A stretch of DNA of 64,000 nt, taken from contig DAHXMA010000011.1 in assembly GCA_027365725.1 (NCBI GenBank), positions 3,591-67,590 of the forward strand. The letters run 5' to 3'. Source of the DNA: Candidatus Micrarchaeota archaeon. Its GTDB lineage: Archaea; Micrarchaeota; Micrarchaeia; Micrarchaeales; CABMGC01. Within the stretch, counting starts at the first letter, position 1, and every line of letters begins with the position of its first letter. This document shows, one piece after another, positions 43,589 through 53,948 of the stretch. The notes beneath the pieces are model-generated. The model was not told the origin of the DNA. It made no database searches and saw only the letters and a list, made by a program, of their open reading frames with translations. The position numbers and the translations under genes were made by a program.

Positions 43589-45189
43589 TGTCTTTCTTTG
43601 ATTATGTTAAGGACAGGCGCATACTCGCGCTGATAGTGGTAGTGCTTGCTTTGATGGTGCTTGACTATAGATTTGGCCTGCATCTTGGGATAGAGTTTGC
43701 AGGAGGCACGCAGATACCGGTAACGCTTGAGCACAGCGTGAACCCGAACCAGACCACCCAGATAATATCGATACTGCAGCAAAGGCTTTCGACGTTCGGC
43801 CTCAAGGAGATTACTGTTGAGGGCATAGGCAGCTCGGAAATGCTTATAGAGATCCCGACGGTGAACCAGAGTGAGATACAGAGCACGATAAACCTAATAC
43901 AGAGCCAGGGGCAGTTCCAGGGAATAGTGAATGGCAAGGTGGCGCTTGACGGCACATCAATACTCAGTGGCAGCGTTGGCGCTAGCCAGCCAGTGGTATC
44001 AGGCAATAATGTATCGTGGTCGGTGAACTTCTACATAACGCAGCAGGCCGCAGAGCAGTTTGCCAAGGTCGTGCTGGGGCAGGCAAACAAGCCGATATAC
44101 ATGTTCCTTGACAGGCCGTCTTCCGCAATTATACTGCTCAACTCTTCTTTGCTTGGAAGCGCACTTGGAACATCGCAGCAGCAGGAAATAACCGACCTGC
44201 AGAATGTGCTTCAGCTCGGCAACCAGACAATTCCGCTCGAGGTAGCCAACCCAGGATACAGCAACTGGAAAGAGCTTTATCCTTTCTTCCAGGCAAATAG
44301 GGATAAATACAGAAACGTGCTGCTTCAGAACAATACGCCAGGATACATAGTATCGAACCTGACTGCACTGAATTACACGATAAATAACGTAACTGGAGTG
44401 AATATGACACCGTCTTTCCAGGCAGTGTCAAATGCCACGATAGGCAGCATAGAGGTGCTTAACTCTTGGCCTGCAGTTGGCCTGCTTACAGCGCCGATAC
44501 TTAATCCTGGGATAACTAACGGCAACCTTAGCGAGAGCTACACAATATCAGGCGCTGCGCCTTCCACGCTGTCGCTGCCTGCCCAGGTGACATATGCGGA
44601 CCAGCAGTCAAAGCTGGTGCAGAGCGTGCTTACTGGAGGCGCATTGCCTGTGCAGGTAATAGTTGGTACGCCTACGGTAACGCAGCCAACGCTCGGGGCG
44701 CAGTTCGAAAGGATAAGCATAATTGCGCTTGTACTTGCAGTAGTGGCAGTATCGATAGTGATAGCATTGCGGTATAGGAAAGGCTTCCTTATAGCTCCGA
44801 TACTGCTTACCACGCTTGCTGAGCTATTCATAATACTGTCTGTAATAGGGCTTATAGGCACAATAGACCTTGCCGCGATAGCCGGAATGATTGCGGTAAT
44901 AGGCACCGGGGTCGATGCCCAGATAATAATATCCGACGAGATACTTAGAAGGGGCAGCGACTCTACAATGAAGATAAGGCTTAACAATGCCTTCTATGTC
45001 GTATATGCTGATGCCTTCCTCTTGATGATAGCCATGCTGCCTCTATTCTTCTCCACTTCGCTTGTATCTGTCATAGGATTCTCCGAATCCACAATAATAG
45101 GGGCACTGCTTGGCGCGTTCGTTACCAGGCCATCATATGGCGCAATATTGAGCAGGCATTATTCTAATGAGGTTGGGAAAAATGCCTAG
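43588..45189 (+). CDS. secD: protein-export membrane protein SecD (archaeal)
   Basis: N-terminal TM, a large extracytoplasmic domain, and a C-terminal 6-TM domain with VIGTGVDAQIIISDEIL (SecD-type motif). Confidence 0.75.
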   Translation: MSFFDYVKDRRILALIVVVLALMVLDYRFGLHLGIEFAGGTQIPVTLEHSVNPNQTTQIISILQQRLSTFGLKEITVEGIGSSEMLIEIPTVNQSEIQSTINLIQSQGQFQGIVNGKVALDGTSILSGSVGASQPVVSGNNVSWSVNFYITQQAAEQFAKVVLGQANKPIYMFLDRPSSAIILLNSSLLGSALGTSQQQEITDLQNVLQLGNQTIPLEVANPGYSNWKELYPFFQANRDKYRNVLLQNNTPGYIVSNLTALNYTINNVTGVNMTPSFQAVSNATIGSIEVLNSWPAVGLLTAPILNPGITNGNLSESYTISGAAPSTLSLPAQVTYADQQSKLVQSVLTGGALPVQVIVGTPTVTQPTLGAQFERISIIALVLAVVAVSIVIALRYRKGFLIAPILLTTLAELFIILSVIGLIGTIDLAAIAGMIAVIGTGVDAQIIISDEILRRGSDSTMKIRLNNAFYVVYADAFLLMIAMLPLFFSTSLVSVIGFSESTIIGALLGAFVTRPSYGAILSRHYSNEVGKNA

Positions 45190-45820
45190 GTTCTGCCCAA
45201 CCTGCGGCAATTCAAGCGACAAAGAGAAGTTTTACGGCAATTTCTGCATGAGCTGCGCAAGGGGCATGCTTAAGGAAAGGCTTCCCAAGGCTGCGGAAAT
45301 ACGGGCATGCAAGAGGTGCGGGAGCATAAAGGTTGCGGGGAGATACATGCCGGATAGCGCAAGGAGCATTGAAGGCGCGATAAAGCCCTTTTTTGGAAGG
45401 ATGGGATTGAAGGTGCTGCGCTATAAAGGCGGCTCTGCCGACATAGAAGTGTCAGAGGCTTCTGAACATGGGAATCTTTCTGTGGAGTATGAAATAGAGA
45501 TAGATCAGAAGCGCTCGCTTTGCGACACCTGCTACAAGAAGGCGTGCAGCTACTATGAGGCGGTCATACAGCTGCGCGGCAATAATTACAAGATAGCAAG
45601 GTTTATAGAAAGGGTTACAAGGTTCCTTGACATAAATAATGGATTTGTAACTAAGGTCGAGAGGAACGACAACGGCTCCGACGTATACGTTAGCAGCAAG
45701 AAGCTTGCCTCGGCCTTCATATCTAGGATGAGGATTCATCCGACAGCTTCGTACACCCTTGCTGGGGTCAAAAACGGCAAGAGGATATACAAGAATACGT
45801 ATGCCATAAGGTACGAATAG
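45182..45820 (+). CDS. NMD3-family protein (archaeal homologue of the 60S export adaptor)
   Basis: CPTCG...FC.SC...C.RCG and CDTCYKKACSYYEAVIQLRG match the NMD3 N-terminal zinc-cluster pattern. Confidence 0.7.
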   Translation: MPRFCPTCGNSSDKEKFYGNFCMSCARGMLKERLPKAAEIRACKRCGSIKVAGRYMPDSARSIEGAIKPFFGRMGLKVLRYKGGSADIEVSEASEHGNLSVEYEIEIDQKRSLCDTCYKKACSYYEAVIQLRGNNYKIARFIERVTRFLDINNGFVTKVERNDNGSDVYVSSKKLASAFISRMRIHPTASYTLAGVKNGKRIYKNTYAIRYE

Positions 45821-45870
45821 TTATTATGCAGGCATTTGACGCAATAGAATGATGCAGGTGTTTGCCAGGT

Positions 45871-46560
45871 ATGAAAGGCAAAATAATGAGCGCGGGAATG
45901 GTATCAATCGTCATACCTACGCTAAACGAGGAGCAGAGCATAGGCAAGGTGATAGGCGGAGTGAGAAGGGCGCTGGGACATGGGAGGTATGAAATAATAG
46001 TTGTCGATGGCCATTCAACTGACTTCACAGTTAGGGAAGCAAGGAGAAACGGCGCTAGGGTGATATATGATGGGGTTGGAAAAGGATCCGCGCTGAGGAA
46101 AGGGCTGCGCAACGCGAAGGGCACGGTAATAGTGGCCATGGACGCTGACCTCTCAACAGACCCAAAGGAGCTTAGGTTGATGATAGACAGCATACGTATC
46201 GGCTATGACATATGCATGGGATCGCGCTTTATGGCAGGAGGAAGGTCAGAGGACATATCAGTGCTGCGCAGGATAGGCAACAGATTTTTTGTGATGCTTG
46301 TTAATTTGCTGTTCGGCGCCAATTACAGCGACATGTGCTATGGGTACAGGGCATTTAGGAGGGACGCCATAGGAAAATTAAGGCTTACCGAAGGAGGGTT
46401 TGGAATAGAAACAGAAATAAGCATAAAGGCTGCGAAGGCCGGCCTTAAGGTAATAGAAGTTCCAAGCGTGGAAAAGAGCAGGGTAGTCGGGGAAGGCAAG
46501 CTGAGGACTTTCAGGGATGGATACGCAATACTACGGACTATAATCAATAATATTGAATGA
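45871..46560 (+). CDS. GT2 glycosyltransferase (dolichyl-phosphate sugar synthase-like)
   Basis: VSIVIPTLNEEQSIGKVI, VVDGHSTDFT, DxD motif MDADLS. Confidence 0.75.
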   Translation: MKGKIMSAGMVSIVIPTLNEEQSIGKVIGGVRRALGHGRYEIIVVDGHSTDFTVREARRNGARVIYDGVGKGSALRKGLRNAKGTVIVAMDADLSTDPKELRLMIDSIRIGYDICMGSRFMAGGRSEDISVLRRIGNRFFVMLVNLLFGANYSDMCYGYRAFRRDAIGKLRLTEGGFGIETEISIKAAKAGLKVIEVPSVEKSRVVGEGKLRTFRDGYAILRTIINNIE

Positions 46561-46568
46561 GTGCTTGG

Positions 46569-46946
46569 TTATCTTTTAACTGATATGAATATGTCGGTAG
46601 AGTTTTCCTCCTCGTTTACATTCACCGATGTATTATTCCTGCTGCCGCTGACCTTTATCTCTACGGAATTGTCCTGCGGCTGGCTTTCGCAGCAAGGCTT
46701 GTTTATGCCGCATGCATTGTCGGTGTTGAGCTCCCTTCTGATTATGTGCACTGTGCCAACTACCAGAGGCGCAACAAGCGCGGCTATTGCCTCGTTCTTG
46801 TTGCTGAAGTTTGTATTGCCAAGCAGGCCGGCGACTGCCGCAGCTGTTGCGTATGCAGCGCCTATCAACTCGGTCTGATGCGTATACTTCACTATGTTCT
46901 GACTCTTTCCGCCTACATCGTTTTGCCTGAATCTCATGCCAATCAC
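46569..46946 (-). CDS. hypothetical small protein with Gly/Ala-rich hydrophobic segments
   Basis: ELIGAAYATAAAVAGLLG and AIAALVAPLVVGTV look glycine-zipper-like. This strand is preferred over the overlapping plus-strand ORFs by composition only. Confidence 0.35.
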   Translation of the reverse strand: MIGMRFRQNDVGGKSQNIVKYTHQTELIGAAYATAAAVAGLLGNTNFSNKNEAIAALVAPLVVGTVHIIRRELNTDNACGINKPCCESQPQDNSVEIKVSGSRNNTSVNVNEEENSTDIFISVKR

Positions 46947-47035
46947 TGTGTGATAACAGTAGGGTGGTCAGCTTTTATCATATATAAAACTGCCTGTTCT
47001 TGCGCGAGAGCGGGGCGAAGAATGCGCCGCGACAT

Positions 47036-49273
47036 TTATGTTGCAGTAAACGTTATGTTGTTGAATCCGTATGTTAGATATTCCTGCTGCAGGGAGCTTG
47101 CAGTGCTATTTGAGTAGAATCCTATTTCACTGAATCCTTGCGGAGCTGTGAAGTTTAAATGATACGATGACTCCCTGCCGTATACCGGGATGTAGCCTGC
47201 AATGTTGCTGCCCAGATATACCTGCACGACTGTGCCGTTTGTAAGTGACATTGAATTTAGTGACATTTTTATCCGCTGGGCCTTTGGCGAGAAAAGCACT
47301 ATGGCCCTTGGATTCTGGCCCCACCACATGCTTGCAAGGGTTTGGTTGCATTGCTGATACGGATTGCATAGGGAATACCCGGGAGTCCAGTTACCTGAAA
47401 TATAGGATACTATCGACTTGCCGGCATATTTGCGCACAGCCCCCTCTGTGGAGAACATTGCAGTTTCTTCCGTGGAGTTATAGTATACGGGCTGCCCGAA
47501 GGCGCTGCTTAGGTACCCGAGCAGTTGAGCCTGGGATGTGGCATTATAAGCTGCGAGCTGCACCGATATGAAAGCAGTATTGTAGTTGGCAAGCCAGAGC
47601 ATTGTCAAGTTCGTTATGTTCTCTGATATCGGGGAGGGATATACAAGGCCGTCGCCCTGCTCTAGATATGCGGCGGAGAGCGAGAGCGGCATTAGGGAGA
47701 CTGAAAGCGATTCGTTGGCAGTCTCCCGGCTCGTGTATCCGCCTATTATGGGTTTTTTCATTGCGGTTACATAGTATGTCGCAAGGCCGGGGTAATAGGC
47801 AGGAGTGGCAGAGGAATTTGGTATGTCTGGCAGTATCAGGACAGAGAAATTTCCAGGTATCTTACCGATCTGGCTGTATGCTACAGGTATGTTTGTAGAT
47901 GTAATAAGCTGGCTTGCGAATGATCCTGACAGAGGCATGCCGTTGTACTCTATAAGTATTATTATTGATACGGCAACCATTGCCCTGAACGCGTGCTTCT
48001 TCTCTTTCCCAGAAGTGAGTGTTACGAAGCCATATGCGGCAAGCATTGCTATGCATATCGTTGTTATCATGTCAAACCTTCCGGGTTCGCGTATTATGTT
48101 GAATATGGGAAGTGCGCGGTACAGCATGTATATTGTAGGTATTCCGCTTACAGTGCCGTATATCTGAAGGTATGGGCCAAGGGACATCCACGCAAAGAAC
48201 AGGCCTAGCGCAAGCCATATTCCCACGTTCTTGAGCCTGTGCCTTTTATAGTCGGCATATACTGCAAGTGCAGAAAGCGCAAGGGCTGCATAGCCTACAT
48301 AGGATACCCTCTCGGCAACGTTAGTCTGGTAGCTTACGCCTTTGTATGTTAGCGCGTATATCTGCTGGGTATATGACAAAGATAGGGAATGGAATAAGCC
48401 ATTGTAATAGCTGGGCAGGAAGAAGGATAGGAGATTGTCGCTCCACATCATGTTGCTTACTACTGCCGAATTCTGCTGTGCGGCGCTGAAGACACCTGCA
48501 GTAAGGTAGGGATACATTGCTAGCAGGAACGGAGACGACAGCAGTAAAGTGATAACGACAAGCAGCCCTATGTTCATAAGCGCCTTTCTGTTAAGCAGCT
48601 TGCTTCTGTCAAACAGGAGATAAAGGAGCGTGAAGACAATAGTCGCAAACAGCACCATTATCCCCTGCTCTATGTCACCCATGAACGTTAGGAAAAGGAA
48701 GCTTATGGCGCCAAATACAGCATATCTTGCCTTTTGCTCATTTATAGTGCGCACGTAAAAGTACAGGAAGAGCGGTACCCATTCTATTATAGTCCAGTCA
48801 AGGTGGCTATATGACTGCGCTATGTGCATTGGGCTGAAGGCAAATATCAGTCCTGCTATGAACGCAGCATATCTATTTTTGACGAAATAGTTCGCAAGGG
48901 CGAACATGAATATTCCTGAAAGGGCGAAGCTGCTGAAAAAAAGGAAGTTGTATGCAAACGCAGACCCAAGCGCCTGGAGTGGCAGGGAGAATATGCCTGC
49001 AAGCGGGGTCAGGGTCTGCGTGACCAGCTCTGCGCCTATTGGATAGAAAAGGAAATTGGTGAAGTAAGGCGACTGATGCAGCACGAATATCGAATATGGG
49101 GTCCACCATAGGTTGAACATGCTCTGGTATACATCCCCATATCCGTTTACAACGCTGCTAAAGAAGTTTATTGTAACTTCCCAGAACATTACCAATGATA
49201 TTATAAGGTAGATTAGAAGCGGCTTTAGATACTGCCGCTTTGTAATCGCATATTCCTTTATCTTCTGCTTCAA
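47036..49273 (-). CDS. large polytopic membrane protein, GT-C-fold glycosyltransferase-like (YfhO/ArnT-like)
   Basis: About 13 N-terminal TM helices, then a sequon-rich soluble domain of about 280 aa. No AglB WWDxG motif seen. Located in a glycosylation gene cluster. Confidence 0.5.
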   Translation of the reverse strand: MKQKIKEYAITKRQYLKPLLIYLIISLVMFWEVTINFFSSVVNGYGDVYQSMFNLWWTPYSIFVLHQSPYFTNFLFYPIGAELVTQTLTPLAGIFSLPLQALGSAFAYNFLFFSSFALSGIFMFALANYFVKNRYAAFIAGLIFAFSPMHIAQSYSHLDWTIIEWVPLFLYFYVRTINEQKARYAVFGAISFLFLTFMGDIEQGIMVLFATIVFTLLYLLFDRSKLLNRKALMNIGLLVVITLLLSSPFLLAMYPYLTAGVFSAAQQNSAVVSNMMWSDNLLSFFLPSYYNGLFHSLSLSYTQQIYALTYKGVSYQTNVAERVSYVGYAALALSALAVYADYKRHRLKNVGIWLALGLFFAWMSLGPYLQIYGTVSGIPTIYMLYRALPIFNIIREPGRFDMITTICIAMLAAYGFVTLTSGKEKKHAFRAMVAVSIIILIEYNGMPLSGSFASQLITSTNIPVAYSQIGKIPGNFSVLILPDIPNSSATPAYYPGLATYYVTAMKKPIIGGYTSRETANESLSVSLMPLSLSAAYLEQGDGLVYPSPISENITNLTMLWLANYNTAFISVQLAAYNATSQAQLLGYLSSAFGQPVYYNSTEETAMFSTEGAVRKYAGKSIVSYISGNWTPGYSLCNPYQQCNQTLASMWWGQNPRAIVLFSPKAQRIKMSLNSMSLTNGTVVQVYLGSNIAGYIPVYGRESSYHLNFTAPQGFSEIGFYSNSTASSLQQEYLTYGFNNITFTAT

Positions 49274-49356
49274 TTATACACTCTCGGGCATATCCAAAAT
49301 AAACATTAATGTGCGATAATATAAAGCTTTATTTTTATATTGTTTCTGGTTTAGTG

Positions 49357-50961
49357 ATGGATGGGATTGAAGAAGACAGCGTGGGCGCCAAAGCCGCCAA
49401 CATACTTTATCCCCTGTTAATAGGCCAGGTATTTGGGGTTGCGGTAACATCCATTACTTTCATAATAGTTGCTAGGCTACTTGGCCCTACGAGCTACGGA
49501 ATATACACTTTTGCATTCGGGTTCTCCGCAGTGGTGAACGGGTTCCTTGCGTTTGGGGTAGGTGCGTACCTGAGCACCAACATAGCAAGGCTGATGTACA
49601 AGAGCGACTATGAAGGCGTTATCAGGGCAGTGGCTGCAGGTTACGTTATAGCAGGAACTGCAAGCCTATGCCTTACGGTGCTGGGCATAGGCATAAGCGG
49701 TTATATTGCAGGCATGTTTGCAAGGGTTGGAGTGAGTCCGGATATACTGATGATAGCCGCAGGGACCATAGTCTTCAGCATAATGACATCGATAGCGGTA
49801 AGCGCACTCATAGGCTTCTCCAGATCCGGGCTTGCTGCGCTCGTAAATATAATAGTGGATTTGATACAACTTTCGCTGAGCGTAATACTTACATTGAAAT
49901 TTGGCGTGGTTGGGGCAGTCTCTGCTATGCTGATAGGATACATAGCAGGGGGCCTTGTCGGAGGGTATCTGGTTTATCGTGCCATGTCCAGGCATTTCAG
50001 GTTCAGGATATATGTGCCTACAAGCAGTGATCTTATGCAAATTGCCGGAGTGACCTGGCCTCTTGCAGCTACCAATTTCCTCAATAACGGCGTGCAGAAC
50101 CTCTCCATAGTGCTGCTTGGAATATACATAAGCGCGTCTGCTCTTGGTAATTACGGCGTGGCGTTCAAGGGGCTTGCGCTTATAGCCATGATATACAGCA
50201 CTTTTGGCAGCGGATTGCTGCCCATATTCGGCACGGCAAAAGCAATGGAGATGGGAGAGAAGACGAACAGGGTATACAATATGATAATAAACTTTGCGCT
50301 GATGCCAATGCTGCCGGTAATAGTCTACGTTGGCGCAATGGCAGTTCCTGGGCTTCACCTGCTTGTGGGCAATAATTATGGCGCAGCTCCATATTTCCTT
50401 TCGCTGATAGCGGCAGGAAGCACGATAGGGCTTTTCAGCGCATATATGCACCAGTTATTTATCTCCGGGTCTAAGACCAAAAGCGTACTTAAGATAAATG
50501 CGATATCGGGGGTTGTGCAAGTCGCACTGCTTGTGGCATTGCTTCCGAAATTTGCCGTAATAGGGGCCATAGCGGCAATATTTTTCTTCGGTAACATAAT
50601 AGAGGTTGTGCTTTTTGCAATTGATGCGAAGAAGCATTTTGGCCTGCGGCTTGAGACGCAGAAGCTGCTCAAGCTGTATCTCTGCAATGCCTTCCTGTGG
50701 ATAATAGTTTTTGCAGTGTACTCTGCAAGCGGATTCCTGCTGCAATCGGTGCAGTCTCCGGCCAAGGATCTGATAGAGCTTGCCGCAGGGCTTGTTGTGG
50801 CGGTATTGATATATCCTGTGATGCTAATAGCATTCAGGGCAGTTGACCGCATCGACATAGAGCGGATGAAAAAAGCCACAGCGAAGCTGGGCCGCATAAG
50901 CTATATATTCGGCGGGTTCTTCGCCTATTCGGAGCGCATCTACAGCGCGATAATAAGGTAG
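49357..50961 (+). CDS. polysaccharide/oligosaccharide flippase (MOP/Wzx superfamily)
   Basis: About 14 TM helices with the layout typical of Wzx-type polysaccharide biosynthesis proteins. ATG 49357 is preferred. Confidence 0.6.
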   Translation: MDGIEEDSVGAKAANILYPLLIGQVFGVAVTSITFIIVARLLGPTSYGIYTFAFGFSAVVNGFLAFGVGAYLSTNIARLMYKSDYEGVIRAVAAGYVIAGTASLCLTVLGIGISGYIAGMFARVGVSPDILMIAAGTIVFSIMTSIAVSALIGFSRSGLAALVNIIVDLIQLSLSVILTLKFGVVGAVSAMLIGYIAGGLVGGYLVYRAMSRHFRFRIYVPTSSDLMQIAGVTWPLAATNFLNNGVQNLSIVLLGIYISASALGNYGVAFKGLALIAMIYSTFGSGLLPIFGTAKAMEMGEKTNRVYNMIINFALMPMLPVIVYVGAMAVPGLHLLVGNNYGAAPYFLSLIAAGSTIGLFSAYMHQLFISGSKTKSVLKINAISGVVQVALLVALLPKFAVIGAIAAIFFFGNIIEVVLFAIDAKKHFGLRLETQKLLKLYLCNAFLWIIVFAVYSASGFLLQSVQSPAKDLIELAAGLVVAVLIYPVMLIAFRAVDRIDIERMKKATAKLGRISYIFGGFFAYSERIYSAIIR

Positions 50962-50966
50962 CAACC

Positions 50967-51671
50967 ATGGATTACCGGGAATTCACAGTCGTGCTTCCTA
51001 CGCTTAATGAGGAAAAGACAATAGGCGTGCTGATACGCAGGCTACTTGGGGAATACAAGGGCATAAGCGTTTTTGTGGCTGACGACGGCTCAAAGGACAG
51101 GACCAAAGACGTGGTTACTGCAATATCTAAGAGGAACGGGAAGGTCAGGTTCATTGATAGGAGCAGGGCGGGGCTTGAAAAGGGGCTTAGCGCAAGCGCA
51201 ATAGACGGAATATTGGGAAGCAAAACAAGGTTCGCAATCGTGATGGACGCTGATCTTCAGCATCCGCCTGAAGTTGTGGGAAGGCTCGCTCGCAGGCTGT
51301 CGCAGGGATGCAAGATCTCGGTAGCGGTAAGGGCCACAGTCAAGGGTTGGGAGCTGCACAGAAAGCTCATCTCAAAGGCTCTCATATCGATAGGGTACGC
51401 GATGCTCATGGCAACTGGAAAGAGCAGGTGCGGCGACATATTCTCAGGGTTTTTCGGAGTTGAGCGGAAGCTTTTCGAACAGACATACCACAAAAACAGG
51501 CGCAGGTTTGTCGGAGGCGGGTACAAGATCCTGTATGACCTTCTTAAATGCATAGCAAACGGCAGTGTGGTTATTGGGGAGGTGCCTTACTCGTTCGGAG
51601 TCAGGGAGTATGGGAAGTCAAAGGCAGGGCTCAGGCAGGGCCTTTACCTGTTCAAGTCCTTCCTTACGTGA
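50967..51671 (+). CDS. GT2 glycosyltransferase (dolichyl-phosphate glucose/mannose synthase-like)
   Basis: FTVVLPTLNEEKTIGVLI, FVADDGSKDRT, DxD motif MDADLQHPPE. Confidence 0.75.
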   Translation: MDYREFTVVLPTLNEEKTIGVLIRRLLGEYKGISVFVADDGSKDRTKDVVTAISKRNGKVRFIDRSRAGLEKGLSASAIDGILGSKTRFAIVMDADLQHPPEVVGRLARRLSQGCKISVAVRATVKGWELHRKLISKALISIGYAMLMATGKSRCGDIFSGFFGVERKLFEQTYHKNRRRFVGGGYKILYDLLKCIANGSVVIGEVPYSFGVREYGKSKAGLRQGLYLFKSFLT

Positions 51672-53269
51672 TTTTCCTTTGCTGCGGCAATAAGGCTTGC
51701 AAACAGCGGTGCTGGACGGCCAAATCTAGATTTAAGCTCCGGGTGGGACTGAGTTCCTATACCGAACCCCGTGCTCCATTCTATGAACTCCACAAGCTTC
51801 CTGTCCTTCGTCACTCCGGTTATTTTCAGCCCGCACTTCTTGAGCGTAGTTGCATATCTGTTATTGAATTCATACCTGTGCCTGTGGCGCTCGCTGATCA
51901 TGCCTGTCCCGTATGATTTGTACGCTATTGAAGACCTCTCAAGCAGCACGCATTCCTGGGCTCCAAGCCGCATCGTGCCGCCTTTCTGTGTTATGCGCTT
52001 CTGGGAATCGAGCAGCACTATTATCCTGTGCCTTGCTTCTTTGTCGAATTCTGTGGAATTTGCACCTTGCAGGCCAGCTACGTTTCTGGCATATTCAACT
52101 GCCATTAGCTGCATTCCAAGGCACAGGCCCAGATAAGGAACATGATTCTCCCTTGCGTGCCTGATTATGTTTATCATCCCTTCAGTGCCGCGGTTTCCAA
52201 AGCCACCGGTTACTATTATTGCATCGCTTCTGGACAGCGCAGAGTAGTCGCAGCCCTTCTTTTCAAAATCTGAGGATTCTATCCAGGATATGTTCGCCCG
52301 CACATCATTAATTGAGGCTGCATGCACTATGGCCTCCTTTACGCTTGCATAAGAGTCCCTTAGGTGCGTGTACTTGCCGACCAAGGCTATGTTAACCTCG
52401 CCTTTAGGGGAGACCGTCTTCCTGACATTCTCCTTCCATTCGCTTGACTTGCGCCGATCAAGCCGCTTGACATTTAGGCCGAGGTCGCTAAGGAGCAGCC
52501 TGTCGAAGCCTGTAGCAATAAAATGCAAAGGCAGGTTGTAGAGCGTTGCCTGGTCCTGGTCGTCTATTATCCTTTCCTTGTCGAGATTCGCGAAGAGCGC
52601 CAGTTTTTCCTTTGTAGAATCGAGGAGCTTTGATGCTGTCCTGCATATTATAAAGTTGGGGCGTATTCCATCCTGCAGGAGCAGCCGAAGGCCTATCTGC
52701 GCAGGCTTGGTTTTCTGCTCCCCTACTACGTCAAGGGTTGGGAGGTATGTGAGGTTTATGAACACGACTTCGTGGGAGAGCGAAAGCTGCCTCATTGCCT
52801 CTATGAAATAGCTGTTCTCTATGTCGCCTACCGTCCCTCCTACTTCTACTACAAAGACATCTGGCTTCTTTGCCTTTGCTATATTCTCTATATTGCGTAT
52901 TATCTGGTCGGTAAGATGTGGTATTATCTGCACAGTTTCGCCCAGGTATTTTCCCTGCCTCTCCTTTGATATTATTGAGCCGAACAGCTTGCCGCCGGTT
53001 ATTGACAGGTCTCCGGTAAGGCTCCTTCCAAGGAACCGCTCATATATCCCAAAATCCATGTCGACTTCGCTGCTGTCGTCTAGGACAAAGACCTCGCCAT
53101 GCTGGTATGGATTCATTGTGCCGCAGTCGAAGTTTAGGTAACCGTCGAACTTTATGGGGAGCGCGGAGTATCCGTAAAGATCAAGTATCCTCAGTATCGA
53201 TGCCGTAAGCACGCCCTTCCCTAGCCCGCTCATTAGCGAACCGAGTATTACGACATATTTAGTAGCCAT
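51644..53269 (-). CDS. pyrG: CTP synthase
   Basis: N-terminus KYVVILGSLMSGLGKGVLTASI and glutaminase domain GLCLGMQ. 541 aa. Confidence 0.9.
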   Translation of the reverse strand: MATKYVVILGSLMSGLGKGVLTASILRILDLYGYSALPIKFDGYLNFDCGTMNPYQHGEVFVLDDSSEVDMDFGIYERFLGRSLTGDLSITGGKLFGSIISKERQGKYLGETVQIIPHLTDQIIRNIENIAKAKKPDVFVVEVGGTVGDIENSYFIEAMRQLSLSHEVVFINLTYLPTLDVVGEQKTKPAQIGLRLLLQDGIRPNFIICRTASKLLDSTKEKLALFANLDKERIIDDQDQATLYNLPLHFIATGFDRLLLSDLGLNVKRLDRRKSSEWKENVRKTVSPKGEVNIALVGKYTHLRDSYASVKEAIVHAASINDVRANISWIESSDFEKKGCDYSALSRSDAIIVTGGFGNRGTEGMINIIRHARENHVPYLGLCLGMQLMAVEYARNVAGLQGANSTEFDKEARHRIIVLLDSQKRITQKGGTMRLGAQECVLLERSSIAYKSYGTGMISERHRHRYEFNNRYATTLKKCGLKITGVTKDRKLVEFIEWSTGFGIGTQSHPELKSRFGRPAPLFASLIAAAKENHVRKDLNR

Positions 53270-53330
53270 GCGTTAATACTTGACTTGAAACATTAAATAC
53301 CTTATATGTGCGCTTCGCGGGCTTGGGGAT

Positions 53331-53927
53331 ATGCCAGTTTTGCAGGCGCTGCCTTATTTGTTGGAAAAGTTTTTAAATTTTGTCTGGGATACGCTTACGG
53401 TGCATAGTTTGTTAAACGTTGAAGCTGGAGCAGATGCTCCAAAGAAGGTTACGGCATTCGTGGAGATACCAAAGGGAAGCAACATAAAATACGAATATGA
53501 CGAGCATACGGGGATCATAAAAGTCGACAGGATCTTACATACCTCCATGGTATACCCGTACAACTATGGTTTCATACCAGGCACGCTGGGCGAAGACGGG
53601 GACCCGATAGACATAATGGTCATAAGCAATTCTGCATTTGCATCTGGGACCACCGTGTCAGTAAGGCCGATAGGCGCCCTGCTGATGAGGGACGAGGAGG
53701 GCGTGGATACAAAGATAATGGCTGTGCCGATAGAGAAGATAGACCCTGATTTTGCACAGGTAAAGGACGCATCGGATCTTGGAGAGCATACCAAGGCGAT
53801 AATAGGGCACTTCTTCTCATTCTACAAAAGCATAGAGCCTGGGAAGTGGGCCAAAGTTGAAGGATGGGTAGGCGCAGAGAAGTCGCATGAGCTTATAAGC
53901 AAGGCCATTGAAAGAAGGAAGAAATAG
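53331..53927 (+). CDS. ppa: inorganic pyrophosphatase (family I)
   Basis: VEIPKGSNIKYEYD, YPYNYGFIP and DGDPIDIMV motifs. The start is uncertain: ATG 53331 gives an unusually long N-terminus, and the alternatives are GTG 53400 and TTG 53409. Confidence 0.85.
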   Translation: MPVLQALPYLLEKFLNFVWDTLTVHSLLNVEAGADAPKKVTAFVEIPKGSNIKYEYDEHTGIIKVDRILHTSMVYPYNYGFIPGTLGEDGDPIDIMVISNSAFASGTTVSVRPIGALLMRDEEGVDTKIMAVPIEKIDPDFAQVKDASDLGEHTKAIIGHFFSFYKSIEPGKWAKVEGWVGAEKSHELISKAIERRKK

Positions 53928-53948
53928 AGTTTAGCAGTGCAGCAGGAA

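Noticed and set aside
49666-50451. 261-aa minus-strand ORF
   Set aside because: Antisense to the flippase gene, with His/Tyr/Cys-rich junk composition.
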